From a virus (Duplodnaviria > Caudoviricetes), in the IMG/VR virus record IMGVR_UViG_3300022213_000006, positions 1 to 54,245 of that record: 54,245 bases of DNA, one strand, 5' to 3'. Positions 45,855 to 54,245 of this stretch are shown here, piece after piece. The number at the start of each line of letters is the position of its first letter. Position 1 is the first letter of the stretch. The notes below the pieces were generated by a model. The model saw only the letters and a list, made by a program, of their open reading frames with translations, ran no database searches and had not been told where the DNA came from. A program made the position numbers and the translations under genes.

Positions 45855-45884
45855 GTGATAGTGGACTGGCGAAGAGTATGTCAA
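45855..45884 (-). promoter_or_regulatory. Possible sigma70-like promoter for scaffold and capsid
   Basis: TTGACA-18 nt-TATCAC on - strand. Confidence 0.45.
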
Positions 45885-46432
45885 CTGACACGGTTGAGCA
45901 GCCAGCCATAGACAAAGCTCTCGTTCTGTACGCGAGCCTCCGCCAACGAGATGTACCGGGCTCCCTGCAAGCAATTGAGTGCCCGGAGTAGCACCAACTC
46001 CCCGTGGTCGGGCCTTCTGCTGAGGAAGGCCTGCAACGCGGAAAGAGTCTCAGGTCCGATCGGACCTCGCACATCTACGTCCAGGTAAAACTTCTCGTTT
46101 TGGTTGAAGACGTTCAGCGAACGCTTCAGAAATCCCACCGCAACCAAAGGGCCGCAATTCACACCCGTATCGAGGAGTTCGTCTGCGATCCGCGGGCTAA
46201 TCGCGTGGACCCGGTCGAAGCCCGGCTTGCGGTAGTACTGATCCGCATAGATCTCTCGAGCCTCGGCGCGCGACAAAGCCTGTACGTCCGCCACCGAGAC
46301 GGCAACCCCACGCCACGCGGACAGAGTTCTCTGCGTGATGCCGTACTTTGTTGGTCCGCCGCGATCGTCCGGTCGGTTGATGAAGCCCCCTTCCCGGACA
46401 AGCAAGCCGTCGAGAATCGTCTCGATGCTCAT
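45881..46432 (-). CDS. Endolysin, glycoside hydrolase family 108 with peptidoglycan-binding domain
   Basis: EGGFIN.PDDRGGPTKYGIT; DTGVNCG; F.YGWL.NRV. Confidence 0.95.
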   Translation of the reverse strand: MSIETILDGLLVREGGFINRPDDRGGPTKYGITQRTLSAWRGVAVSVADVQALSRAEAREIYADQYYRKPGFDRVHAISPRIADELLDTGVNCGPLVAVGFLKRSLNVFNQNEKFYLDVDVRGPIGPETLSALQAFLSRRPDHGELVLLRALNCLQGARYISLAEARVQNESFVYGWLLNRVS

Positions 46433-47862
46433 TCCGCGGGTTCCTTTTCAAGTTCACGCGCCGCTCGGATGTCCATCTCTTTCTGAACCTCTGCTTCCAT
46501 CTCTTCAACAGTCAGGTCCGCCGGCATGATCTCGCCCCGCTGCAAATTAGAGTGAAGCACGCGACGACTGAACGCCCCCGCTTGCCACGCACTGACGAGA
46601 GCTTCGAGGTCACCCGCAGAGAGGCGCGTGTCCACAAAGTCTCGATTCAGCTTCACATTCACTGAACCCGGATCGATGCCCTTGAAGCTCGCAGCCCACT
46701 GCAACGCTTTGCGGAAAGCCAGCTCGACGGTCTCTGTGCCGCCCATAAGGACACTGGTTTCCTCTCTTGCCTCCAACCGCGTTGTTTCTGCCGTGACGTT
46801 GTCGCGTTCGTTGTCGGAACGCACCAACCGCGCACCAAGAACAGCCATGCGATCTTCCTTGTCCTGCATGGCGTTACGAAGCGTCGCGACACCCTGGCCC
46901 GTGTATTCCAACATTCCCACCTTCACGTCTTTGGCCGAAGAGTGCCAAATTTGGGAAGGACCAACCGTAGTGGGACGCTCTTCTTTCTTCATGCCGAATG
47001 CGTACGGGGTCGGGGAACCGATCATGTGGAGAGCCATCTCGTAATCCGCGGAGTTGCGGTAATGCGCGAGATTGACGTTCACGAGGTCTAAGAATGGAGC
47101 CTTCTCCGTAGTAGGACGAAGATCGAAGGTGTTGACGAAAATGAAGGGGATGAACGGGAGAGGAGCCCCATTCATGGTCGGAGTTAACACCGGTCCTGCC
47201 TCGAAGGAATCGAAGCCGTCAAAAAACATGCTTCCGATCACACTTGTTTTTCGGATCGACGTCTGCGTAGTTACCTGCATCCACACGCGTTGGTGGTACA
47301 CCCCGTCCTCAAGATAAAGCTCGCGGATTCGAGCGACTTCCTCTCCATCTTGAATCGCCGGTTCTTCGATCGCACACACGCGGGTAAGCATGCGGACCCC
47401 AGACACCGGATCAATGCCCTCTTCCCAGTTGAAGATCTCCTCCGCGCGCCAGGTCGCAATGTATGGCAGCGCATTGGGAGAACCCGTCTGCGGCATGTCC
47501 ACCAGCAGACCCAGTCGCCCGATAGACAGCGTCTCCCGGAGCGATTCTCGAATGAGCTGTCGGCTGTCGTAGCCTTCCGGGCTCATCGCCTCAGAGAGGC
47601 CCGCTAACGCCGGGGGGAGCGTAATCACGGGCTCGACGCGAAACACCAAGCCGACCAGCCCGCGCAAAGTTCGGTCGGCGACGGCATAGAAACTCGCTCG
47701 AGTCTTGTAGCTGGCGTAGTCCCGCAGCTTCATGCCGCCCGGACGGGGAAGATAGAGGGAACCCTTTTCCTTGATCTGCTCTTCTCCCTCAATCGCATCG
47801 CGAACCTTGGTCCACGACTCAATGCGGCGATCCCAACCCGCTGCGGTATCTGTAATCGGCAT
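46429..47862 (-). CDS. Portal protein (DUF4055-like)
   Basis: YLP.P.......Y..Y..RA.FY; IPF.F; NLAHYRNSADY; follows terminase. Confidence 0.92.
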   Translation of the reverse strand: MPITDTAAGWDRRIESWTKVRDAIEGEEQIKEKGSLYLPRPGGMKLRDYASYKTRASFYAVADRTLRGLVGLVFRVEPVITLPPALAGLSEAMSPEGYDSRQLIRESLRETLSIGRLGLLVDMPQTGSPNALPYIATWRAEEIFNWEEGIDPVSGVRMLTRVCAIEEPAIQDGEEVARIRELYLEDGVYHQRVWMQVTTQTSIRKTSVIGSMFFDGFDSFEAGPVLTPTMNGAPLPFIPFIFVNTFDLRPTTEKAPFLDLVNVNLAHYRNSADYEMALHMIGSPTPYAFGMKKEERPTTVGPSQIWHSSAKDVKVGMLEYTGQGVATLRNAMQDKEDRMAVLGARLVRSDNERDNVTAETTRLEAREETSVLMGGTETVELAFRKALQWAASFKGIDPGSVNVKLNRDFVDTRLSAGDLEALVSAWQAGAFSRRVLHSNLQRGEIMPADLTVEEMEAEVQKEMDIRAARELEKEPAE

Positions 47863-49589
47863 CAGAGGAAACCCCCAAAATCATCGGTACTGAAGTCGGA
47901 CAGGGTGACAGCCGGAGCAAACGTAAGCGCAAGCGCGTCTGCGAAATCCGGACTTTCTACTCCGCGTCGACTCATGGACCGTTTTGACTCAAGTATGACT
48001 TTCCCACTCGCGTTCGAACCCCAAGTAGGCATGCTCAACTGCGTCTGCAAGGTGGGATCATCAGGCAGAGAGATTAGTTCGTCCAGAGAGTGCTTACGCC
48101 CCTTCGCGTCGCCCCGCAGATAAAGGATGTGCTCGTAGGTCTTCTGAAATCGATCTCGCATCAACCACCAAAGCTCTGCCCGCGTATTGGCGAACTTCTC
48201 ACTTGAGGTGCGATCATCATCCCACAGAGTCTCTGAGGGTGGGGATCCCACGTTAATAGGAAGAACCTCTACCGCGCGCTGCGTACGGATGCGTCGGGTT
48301 TTAGAGGCTTCGAACGGAAACTCAGGAGGCACAGCCGTCGTGATATCGCGCTGCGCCCGCTCCGTTTCAAAAGTAGAAGTCGAACCGATCCCCACTCCGA
48401 GTGGGTCGTAACACAACGTATAGACCCCGTCCTCGCGCGCGAGCTGCAGGGCCTGAATTGCATCGTGTGTTGGGTTCCCACCCTCCCACGAGCGGGGAGG
48501 ATCCACCCAAGGACCAAAACGAGACACGTAGACGGTTTTTCCGGCGCCTCCGCCTCCAATGTCCAGGCCAGCCACGCCCAGGGAACTCCTCGGCCAATCC
48601 CTGATCAGCGTGTTGATAACTCGAGCCGCCTCGACCCATTTTCCGGGGATTACGACGTTGTCGATCGACGCGGTGTAGTCGATGTCGACTTCCGCAGCGA
48701 GAATGTGCGGTTCCAGCTTGTTTTTCTGCTGCTCGTACCACTCTTGGTTTTTCCTCGGGTCTTCAGTCCAGTGGAACCTGAACTTCGGAAACTTTCCACT
48801 CGTCACCTTTCGGTAGAACGGATTCCCAGTGCCGTGCGCGGTACTCGACCAAATTCGCACATTGGAGACCTGACTAAGCGCAGCTTCCGCGCGCTCCGGC
48901 TGCTCAAAGAAAGCGGCCTCGTCAATGAAGTAGATGGAGGCGCGCCCACCGCGCCCGATGTTGTTGCCAGCCTCTCCAGTCAGCGTTGAGCCGTTCTCTG
49001 GGTTCACGAACTTCAAAGAAGGGGCATGCTCCTCTTTGTTGTAGCCACGAGGAAGAAACTCCACCGGCAGGTTATCGAGAATGATTCGCCCCTTTTCAAA
49101 CAACGAATCTGGATCCCCGAGCTTGTCGATCTTGATCTCCTTGTACGATCCGTACCCGATCTTCACCCCGGAGAAGAACAACCACTGGTGGATCCCGTAC
49201 ATCATCATGAGCCACGAGATGCCCATGTCTCGGCTCTTCTCGGTAACCCCATCTTCGCGCTTCCGACGCCGCTCCTCGACCCAGTGGATGAACTGTTTTT
49301 GCTTGGGGAAGAGCAGGAAAGGCATGAAAACAGTGCGGTTCACCTCTGCGTTACGAGGGTCATAGGTAACCCCCCAATCTTGGATGAACTCGACCACACG
49401 TGTCCGATAGAAGAGCTTCAGGGCAAGCAGACGCTTTGCCCCGTGTTCTTCGTCGCGCAACCATGAAAGCCGCTGAGCGCGCTCTTTGATGATCGGCACG
49501 TAATCCGGGTTGTTCCAATCGAAGTTTCGAATCGCTTCCGACTCGACTACTTCAGGAAACCCAGATTCTTGAGTGCTAACAGCAGCCAC
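47862..49589 (-). CDS. terL: Terminase large subunit
   Basis: EKSRDMGISW, FIDEAAF, SSTAHG, GLDIGGGG, SPDFADAL. Confidence 0.95.
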   Translation of the reverse strand: MAAVSTQESGFPEVVESEAIRNFDWNNPDYVPIIKERAQRLSWLRDEEHGAKRLLALKLFYRTRVVEFIQDWGVTYDPRNAEVNRTVFMPFLLFPKQKQFIHWVEERRRKREDGVTEKSRDMGISWLMMMYGIHQWLFFSGVKIGYGSYKEIKIDKLGDPDSLFEKGRIILDNLPVEFLPRGYNKEEHAPSLKFVNPENGSTLTGEAGNNIGRGGRASIYFIDEAAFFEQPERAEAALSQVSNVRIWSSTAHGTGNPFYRKVTSGKFPKFRFHWTEDPRKNQEWYEQQKNKLEPHILAAEVDIDYTASIDNVVIPGKWVEAARVINTLIRDWPRSSLGVAGLDIGGGGAGKTVYVSRFGPWVDPPRSWEGGNPTHDAIQALQLAREDGVYTLCYDPLGVGIGSTSTFETERAQRDITTAVPPEFPFEASKTRRIRTQRAVEVLPINVGSPPSETLWDDDRTSSEKFANTRAELWWLMRDRFQKTYEHILYLRGDAKGRKHSLDELISLPDDPTLQTQLSMPTWGSNASGKVILESKRSMSRRGVESPDFADALALTFAPAVTLSDFSTDDFGGFL

Positions 49590-49762
49590 GCGTTCCCCGT
49601 CTCCGTGAGATGGCTTCGATCTTCGGGGTCAGTGAGCTGCTTCGCAACGTCTTCGGGTATCCCCGGTATTAGAAACGGCCGGCGTCGTCTTTTAGCCTTG
49701 CCCTTAGTTTTCTCGCGCTCCGCTGCAGCACGCTGTCGTTGCTCCAGCGTGGGAAAATTCAC
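49547..49762 (-). CDS. Small basic hypothetical protein upstream of terminase
   Basis: GTGA coupling to protease gene. Confidence 0.5.
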   Translation of the reverse strand: MNFPTLEQRQRAAAEREKTKGKAKRRRRPFLIPGIPEDVAKQLTDPEDRSHLTETGNAWLLLALKNLGFLK

Positions 49763-50337
49763 CACTCGAGTACTTCGGGTTTTTGAAGGCGTGCCCCCGA
49801 AGCTGAGACATTCCACAGCGAGATGGGTGGCCCGCAAGTCGTGTCGTGCTTCGCTGCGATAACCAACGCCGAGCGAAACGCGGTTTCTTCATCGTGTCGT
49901 AGGCCGACCGCACCCCAATACGCCCCGTACGCGAGTACCGCACCAGACCCAATGAATGTGATTCCACGAATGGGCTCGGGCTCTAAGTAGCCACCAAGCT
50001 CGTACATCTCGCGACCGTTCGTGATCAGAGCCTCGATCGGTAAATTCGGCTGCCCGTTCTCGGGCTGAACTCCAGCACTCAAGAAACGATCTTGGATGTA
50101 TGCGGACAACTTGCGGACCATCTTCCCGCTGAAATTGTTGGCCGTGAGCCCCACCGCCTCGATGCCGTCGCGTAAGAAAATGGAGTTGAAGGTAAAGCCC
50201 GAAGAGACCGCCACCATGCGGCCTCGTGTAACCCACTTACTATGCGTGGAACGCAAACGAAGATTCCCAGCCGTAACCAGGGAATCCACCCCGAACAGAC
50301 ACCCAGAGTCAGAGAGCAAAGCTCCCGCAATCGTCAT
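49759..50337 (-). CDS. Ntn-hydrolase, HslV/proteasome-beta-like peptidase
   Basis: After Met removal Thr1, Asp17 and Lys33 are in register; IGSG and D..CG motifs. Confidence 0.8.
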   Translation of the reverse strand: MTIAGALLSDSGCLFGVDSLVTAGNLRLRSTHSKWVTRGRMVAVSSGFTFNSIFLRDGIEAVGLTANNFSGKMVRKLSAYIQDRFLSAGVQPENGQPNLPIEALITNGREMYELGGYLEPEPIRGITFIGSGAVLAYGAYWGAVGLRHDEETAFRSALVIAAKHDTTCGPPISLWNVSASGARLQKPEVLEW

Positions 50338-50370
50338 TCGCGTGCCTCAGCATGGAAAACCAACTGGCAG

Positions 50371-50862
50371 CTACGGCCGAAGAACAGGGGCCTGCGGGCC
50401 TCTCCACGAATTAGAAGGGCTCGGATCAACGACTGAGATCGTCAGACTGCCGCACGTACCGGTGTAGCCTGTGGGAGCGACAACAACGGTGGGGCAGCCC
50501 ACAGCTGCCAATTCCGGCTCGGGGGCGGTGCAGCTGATCGGACGCGCCGTGTCTTTCTTCGGCCCAGCATCGTACACCTGAGGACGAGCGCGATACCCCA
50601 CCGCTTGCGCTCGGCTTGGGACGTCCCAGCAGTTGTACGGGGTGAGCACTGCGCGCGTCCCGTCCGCACGAAGAAGCTCTACCCACTGCCCCGTCACAGA
50701 GTCGAACCTCTCGAGAGCGGTGCCAACGGCGTACACATTCCAGCCATTGGCGCCGGGAACCACGACCCCCGTAACGGGGTTCATGTTCAAGATCTTCTCG
50801 CCGGCCAGCGCGCTAACGGCTGACAGGACGGCAGCGCCGAGAAGTAATCCGAGACGAGCCAT
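50371..50862 (-). CDS. Secreted Cys-containing protein
   Basis: Signal peptide (..SALA/GE); ends WRGPQAPVLRP. Confidence 0.7.
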   Translation of the reverse strand: MARLGLLLGAAVLSAVSALAGEKILNMNPVTGVVVPGANGWNVYAVGTALERFDSVTGQWVELLRADGTRAVLTPYNCWDVPSRAQAVGYRARPQVYDAGPKKDTARPISCTAPEPELAAVGCPTVVVAPTGYTGTCGSLTISVVDPSPSNSWRGPQAPVLRP

Positions 50863-50879
50863 CGGACAGCTCAGTCCAC

Positions 50880-51266
50880 CTAAGGCTGCAGAGTCGGACG
50901 GGCCGGGCCTCGCCACCGCGGAAGGGACACCGTGGCAGTCGCCGTGTTACCGATCTCTGCAGAAAGCGGAGTCGTGCAGTTTCCGAAAGCCTCTGCGGTG
51001 CTCTGTGACCCCTTCACCTGGGATTTCGTGATCGGAACCGCTGCTCCGACAGTCGAATTCACAATGACCTGCCGGATCGTGGTGCCGATGGGGTTCTGTA
51101 GATCAACGACGCAGCGGATGGTCGTGCCCGCAGGGAACGCATCACCGTCGAGATCCGCCGTTGGCATGACGATCGACCCGCCATCCGTCCAATCCAAGGG
51201 GGTCGTCTGCGCGGAAGCCATCGCCGCGAATCCAAGAACGAGGGTGAATGCGAGTAGTAAACGCAT
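50880..51266 (-). CDS. Secreted Ig/Fn3-like protein
   Basis: Signal peptide (..ASA/Q); ends WRGPARPTLQP. Confidence 0.7.
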   Translation of the reverse strand: MRLLLAFTLVLGFAAMASAQTTPLDWTDGGSIVMPTADLDGDAFPAGTTIRCVVDLQNPIGTTIRQVIVNSTVGAAVPITKSQVKGSQSTAEAFGNCTTPLSAEIGNTATATVSLPRWRGPARPTLQP

Positions 51267-51343
51267 TTGGAGAGTCTCCGGTTTGGGGTGCGGTCTCCCG
51301 CAATGGAGACACCGAGTTAGCGGAGCCTTCTCCAGTGTGCCAC

Positions 51344-52858
51344 CTACTCGTCGCACCACTCGGACCCCAGCAAGTTGATGAGCTGGCGTTTACCATTCTC
51401 GTGAATTAGGCCGTGCGTATGTAACCACGCGGAAGCTGCAGCCTGTGCGTACACCAATCCCAAGAGGCTTGATGTACCCACTTGCCAAACCCCACGAAGA
51501 ATCCCCGGTGCATGAGAATGTCCGATGAATGAGCGAGTTCCAATTCGATCGAAGGCTCTTCGACTTCCCCGAGTACCGGAGGGACCGACGTGTCCGTGGA
51601 AACCTGTCTCCACCCCACGAATTCGATGGGACTCTCCCGTCTGCAGAAAATTGATCTTGCTGTAGCCCCACTGCTTCGCCATCGCAGCAAGTGGATCCAT
51701 CTGCACAACACCGGCAGGCGTGTAACGGGAGCCCTCCAGCATGGCTCTCTGAAGCTCAAGCAGGAAAAGCGCGTTGTCATAGTGCTTGACTTCAGTCCAG
51801 TGCTTGGTCAGTGCCCACCGAGCAAGGTGATCATTGTGGTTCGATGGAATGACCGTAGACTTAGCCCACGCAGGGGTGTTCTGCTTAACAAACTCCAGCG
51901 CGCGTCGAACCTCGTCTTTTACGCTGCCTCTCCCCGCCAGGTGCAGAATCAGCTCTTCCAGCGGATTGTTGTGGTGGCTCCCACTCTGCATGTCCAGCAG
52001 ATCGTGCCAGATAATTTCTCGAGGCCGCAGCCGATCAACGATTCCGCCGGGCCCGTACGTCCCACGCACAACCTCCGAGTCGATACGATCGATGTGGGAG
52101 TCCCCAGTAACAAGAGCAGGAATCGAGCGTTGCAGTGTCGGCTTCCCCGTAGAGGTATACCGGGTGTTAAGGTCGTAGATGACGTGATCCCCATCTGCGA
52201 TGAGTTGCCGCAAGTGGAATCGTCCACCCTTCTTTTCGACCACGATGCCGCCCACGGAATGGTTGAACGCGCCTTTCGCTCCCGCCGTCGATCGGGAGTA
52301 CCTCTTTGCAGTGATCGACCCGGTTGTATGAAGGATCTTCGGCAACTCGTTCTGCGGAGTCGGGATCGTTTCCATGGCAAGCTGGGCATGGCCGAAAATG
52401 GCGGACGCTCCACGAGTTAGCCCATCAAGCCCTGTAAGCGGATTGCGGGCCGTAGCAGCGATGGGGATGTCGCCCATCACGTACAGCTGCTCATGGAGGC
52501 GAATCTGATTCGCGCACAGGTACGGCTGCAATTCTCGCGGCCACACCTCTTCTTCCACGCGCCTTTTCGCCTCAAGGTCCGAGGTGGGATTCCGGTATCG
52601 GGCTTGGAGTACTACCAACTCGGCGCCACGGGAATCGCAGTAACGACGCAGCGTGTCGTAGGCCTTTTCGACCGGAGAGTTGTTCAGTGCGGTCGTTACG
52701 ACAACGCGACTCGCGCGCTCAATCCGGGCTCGAGCCTCCAGACTGAGGTGGTAGACAGGGGAGTCCGGGGTGTCCGAAGGGAGAAAATCATGCTGCGCAA
52801 CAACGACCGGGTCATCTAGGAGGGAAGTTGCTTTCCTAGCACCGCGCGTTCCTGCCAC
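51344..52858 (-). CDS. Metallophosphoesterase-fold protein resembling T5 A1-like nucleases
   Basis: GDSH, HDLLD, SNHNDH, HGH, GHSH; N-terminal KILHTTGSIT...AG.KG.F.H. Confidence 0.75.
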   Translation of the reverse strand: MAGTRGARKATSLLDDPVVVAQHDFLPSDTPDSPVYHLSLEARARIERASRVVVTTALNNSPVEKAYDTLRRYCDSRGAELVVLQARYRNPTSDLEAKRRVEEEVWPRELQPYLCANQIRLHEQLYVMGDIPIAATARNPLTGLDGLTRGASAIFGHAQLAMETIPTPQNELPKILHTTGSITAKRYSRSTAGAKGAFNHSVGGIVVEKKGGRFHLRQLIADGDHVIYDLNTRYTSTGKPTLQRSIPALVTGDSHIDRIDSEVVRGTYGPGGIVDRLRPREIIWHDLLDMQSGSHHNNPLEELILHLAGRGSVKDEVRRALEFVKQNTPAWAKSTVIPSNHNDHLARWALTKHWTEVKHYDNALFLLELQRAMLEGSRYTPAGVVQMDPLAAMAKQWGYSKINFLQTGESHRIRGVETGFHGHVGPSGTRGSRRAFDRIGTRSFIGHSHAPGILRGVWQVGTSSLLGLVYAQAAASAWLHTHGLIHENGKRQLINLLGSEWCDE

Positions 52859-53256
52859 CGCTTTCTCCCGCTAGCACCAGCCGCTTGTCTGAGTCGGTCC
52901 CACAAATCCGGGTGGTATCTCTGAAGAAAACTGAGCGTCTGCCGTTTCTTCAGAGGCGCTCTCGCAAACTCCGAGCACACTTTCCTCTGCGCCTCGTCCA
53001 GACGCAGTGACGCACCCTTCTGATCCTTAATGAGAACATCCTGGTCACTGGGCGTGTCCGCCACTGCCTTGGCGGCGGCGTACAATCGCCCAATCAAATC
53101 TTCCCAAGGAAAGCTGTGGCCATGAACGACTTTCAGCTCGCAGAGACCTAATAGCCAAGAGCGTAGAGGCTCGCGACCCAACTGAGAAGCTTCCTGAGCT
53201 AGCGGAACGATCTCCTGCGCAGCTTGTGAAACTGGATCCAGCATCCTCTTCTTCAC
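52816..53256 (-). CDS. Hypothetical protein
   Basis: AGGAGG RBS before GTG; first gene of late arm. Confidence 0.65.
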   Translation of the reverse strand: MKKRMLDPVSQAAQEIVPLAQEASQLGREPLRSWLLGLCELKVVHGHSFPWEDLIGRLYAAAKAVADTPSDQDVLIKDQKGASLRLDEAQRKVCSEFARAPLKKRQTLSFLQRYHPDLWDRLRQAAGASGRKRWQERAVLGKQLPS

Positions 53257-53285
53257 GAGACAGCCTCCTGCTAAAAATTCCCAAC

Positions 53286-53564
53286 ATGACGGACGAACTC
53301 AAAAACGCTCTACAACGTATCGGAACCCCTGCCTACGATCTCGCACTTGAGATCTATGAAAGCGAAGAGTCAGGCGAGGGGCTGGCGTACCGTCGTTTTG
53401 AGATTCAAGTCCAAACGACAAAGTCCGATGGCGAAACGCAGTTGCAGGTAATTCCCTGCGTCTGCATCGTCGCCACCGGACTCGGAGCCCAGGCCGCGGA
53501 AGCGGCCATAGACGAGTTCGCGCGGTTTATGCGCGAACGATCTAGGCAGACCCCCACTGCTTGA
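53286..53564 (+). CDS. Hypothetical protein
   Basis: Acidic 92-aa ORF; weak RBS. Confidence 0.5.
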   Translation: MTDELKNALQRIGTPAYDLALEIYESEESGEGLAYRRFEIQVQTTKSDGETQLQVIPCVCIVATGLGAQAAEAAIDEFARFMRERSRQTPTA

Positions 53565-53811
53565 GCAGTGTGCGCGCCTCACGCGTGAGCGTGACGCCCG
53601 AGCGCGACGCATCGTCGATCAGCGTCTTGTTGGCGTTGCGGGACAGACGCGCCACCGTCGTGTGGACGTTCCCCGCACTGATTCCCAGCGCGCGAGCCGC
53701 TCCGTTGTAGGAGCCGTTCTCTGCCACGGCCTTGAGCACAGCGATCTGACGCGTGGTGACCGAGGGCGGGCGCCCCACGGCTGACTTCTTCGACTTCACC
53801 TTCTTGGACAC
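53542..53811 (-). CDS. Stand-alone LysR/ModE-type winged HTH protein
   Basis: AAGGAG RBS before GTG 53811; TTRQIAVLKAVAENGSYNGAARALGIS...V...L.......L.......VTLT. Confidence 0.85.
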   Translation of the reverse strand: MSKKVKSKKSAVGRPPSVTTRQIAVLKAVAENGSYNGAARALGISAGNVHTTVARLSRNANKTLIDDASRSGVTLTREARTLLKQWGSA

Positions 53812-53889
53812 TCGATTTTCTCCTTGTATTGAGTAGAACCCCATAAGGGCGCTCTCGTTCCCCAATGTTCTACACCCCAGGAGCAAATT

Positions 53890-54245
53890 ATGCAAGACAG
53901 AAGTCCCGAAGTATTTCACCCGGTAACGCAGGACAAATTCGGAACACCAAACGGGAATTGCTACAGCGCCTGCGTCGGCTCCTTGGTGGGGTTGTCCATG
54001 GAAGAGCTGCGACCGTTCGAGGCGCTTTACCGAACCCTTGCCGTTTCCTACTTCGACCTGGAGAAATACCCAGAACTGCAAAAGAAACTCTGGGCATACG
54101 GCTGGGGCGTGCTTCTTCAGTGGATCGAAAAGAACGCCGGCTTTGAGCTGGTAGTTGGGCCCGCGCCCGCCGGGCAGCTCTACATCGCCACGGGTCTTAG
54201 CCCGCGCGGACCCTTCAACCACAGCGTGATCTACCGAGACCAAGA
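53890..54245 (+). CDS. 3'-truncated protein with papain/C39-like Cys-His pattern (absent from ORF track)
   Basis: AGGAG RBS; PVTQ....NGNCYSACVGSL...G.SPRG..HSVIY; open to window end. Confidence 0.7.
   Translation, partial: MQDRSPEVFHPVTQDKFGTPNGNCYSACVGSLVGLSMEELRPFEALYRTLAVSYFDLEKYPELQKKLWAYGWGVLLQWIEKNAGFELVVGPAPAGQLYIATGLSPRGPFNHSVIYRDQ

Larger units (their letters stand above)
1..54245. mobile_element. Tailed dsDNA bacteriophage genome (siphovirus-type), nearly complete
   Basis: Two convergent arms with replication genes on + and terminase-portal-scaffold-capsid-tail-tape measure on -; no sheath gene, no host housekeeping genes; ORFs run off both ends. Confidence 0.97.

Noticed and set aside
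53812-54243. N-terminal 144 aa of the 233-aa ORF in the track
   Set aside because: Real start is GTG 53811 with AAGGAG; the upstream part is antisense to the + ORF at 53890
1-54245. Terminal repeats or circular closure
   Set aside because: The two ends share no sequence and both cut through + strand ORFs, so part of the genome is missing

Overview
A near-complete (both ends truncated) genome of a high-GC tailed dsDNA phage with siphovirus-type tail genes. The + strand arm (1 to ~22.2 kb) carries small early genes behind a family of four related promoters, a C5 cytosine methyltransferase, a sigma factor, a primase-helicase, an SSB-like protein, family A DNA polymerase, two PD-(D/E)XK nucleases, an SNF2 helicase and nucleotide enzymes (dCMP-deaminase-like, ThyX, dNTP diphosphohydrolase). 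The - strand arm (~53.3 kb down to 22.2 kb) carries a metallophosphoesterase, two secreted proteins, an Ntn (HslV/proteasome-beta-like) protease, terminase, portal, endolysin, scaffold, capsid, a large repeat-rich head-appendage cluster, neck, tail, tape measure, tail tip/fibre and holin. No integrase, repressor, CRISPR array or reverse transcriptase is visible. The most unusual signal is non-coding: a ~158-nt RNA that starts as a tRNA and continues as non-tRNA hairpins (3138-3295), a ~142-nt multibranch RNA with complementary loops lying between a perfect Shine-Dalgarno and a start codon (11196-11337), and a long hairpin ahead of a polymerase gene that lacks an ATG start. All family assignments come from motifs recognised by eye and all RNA folds were paired by hand; no search or folding program was run.
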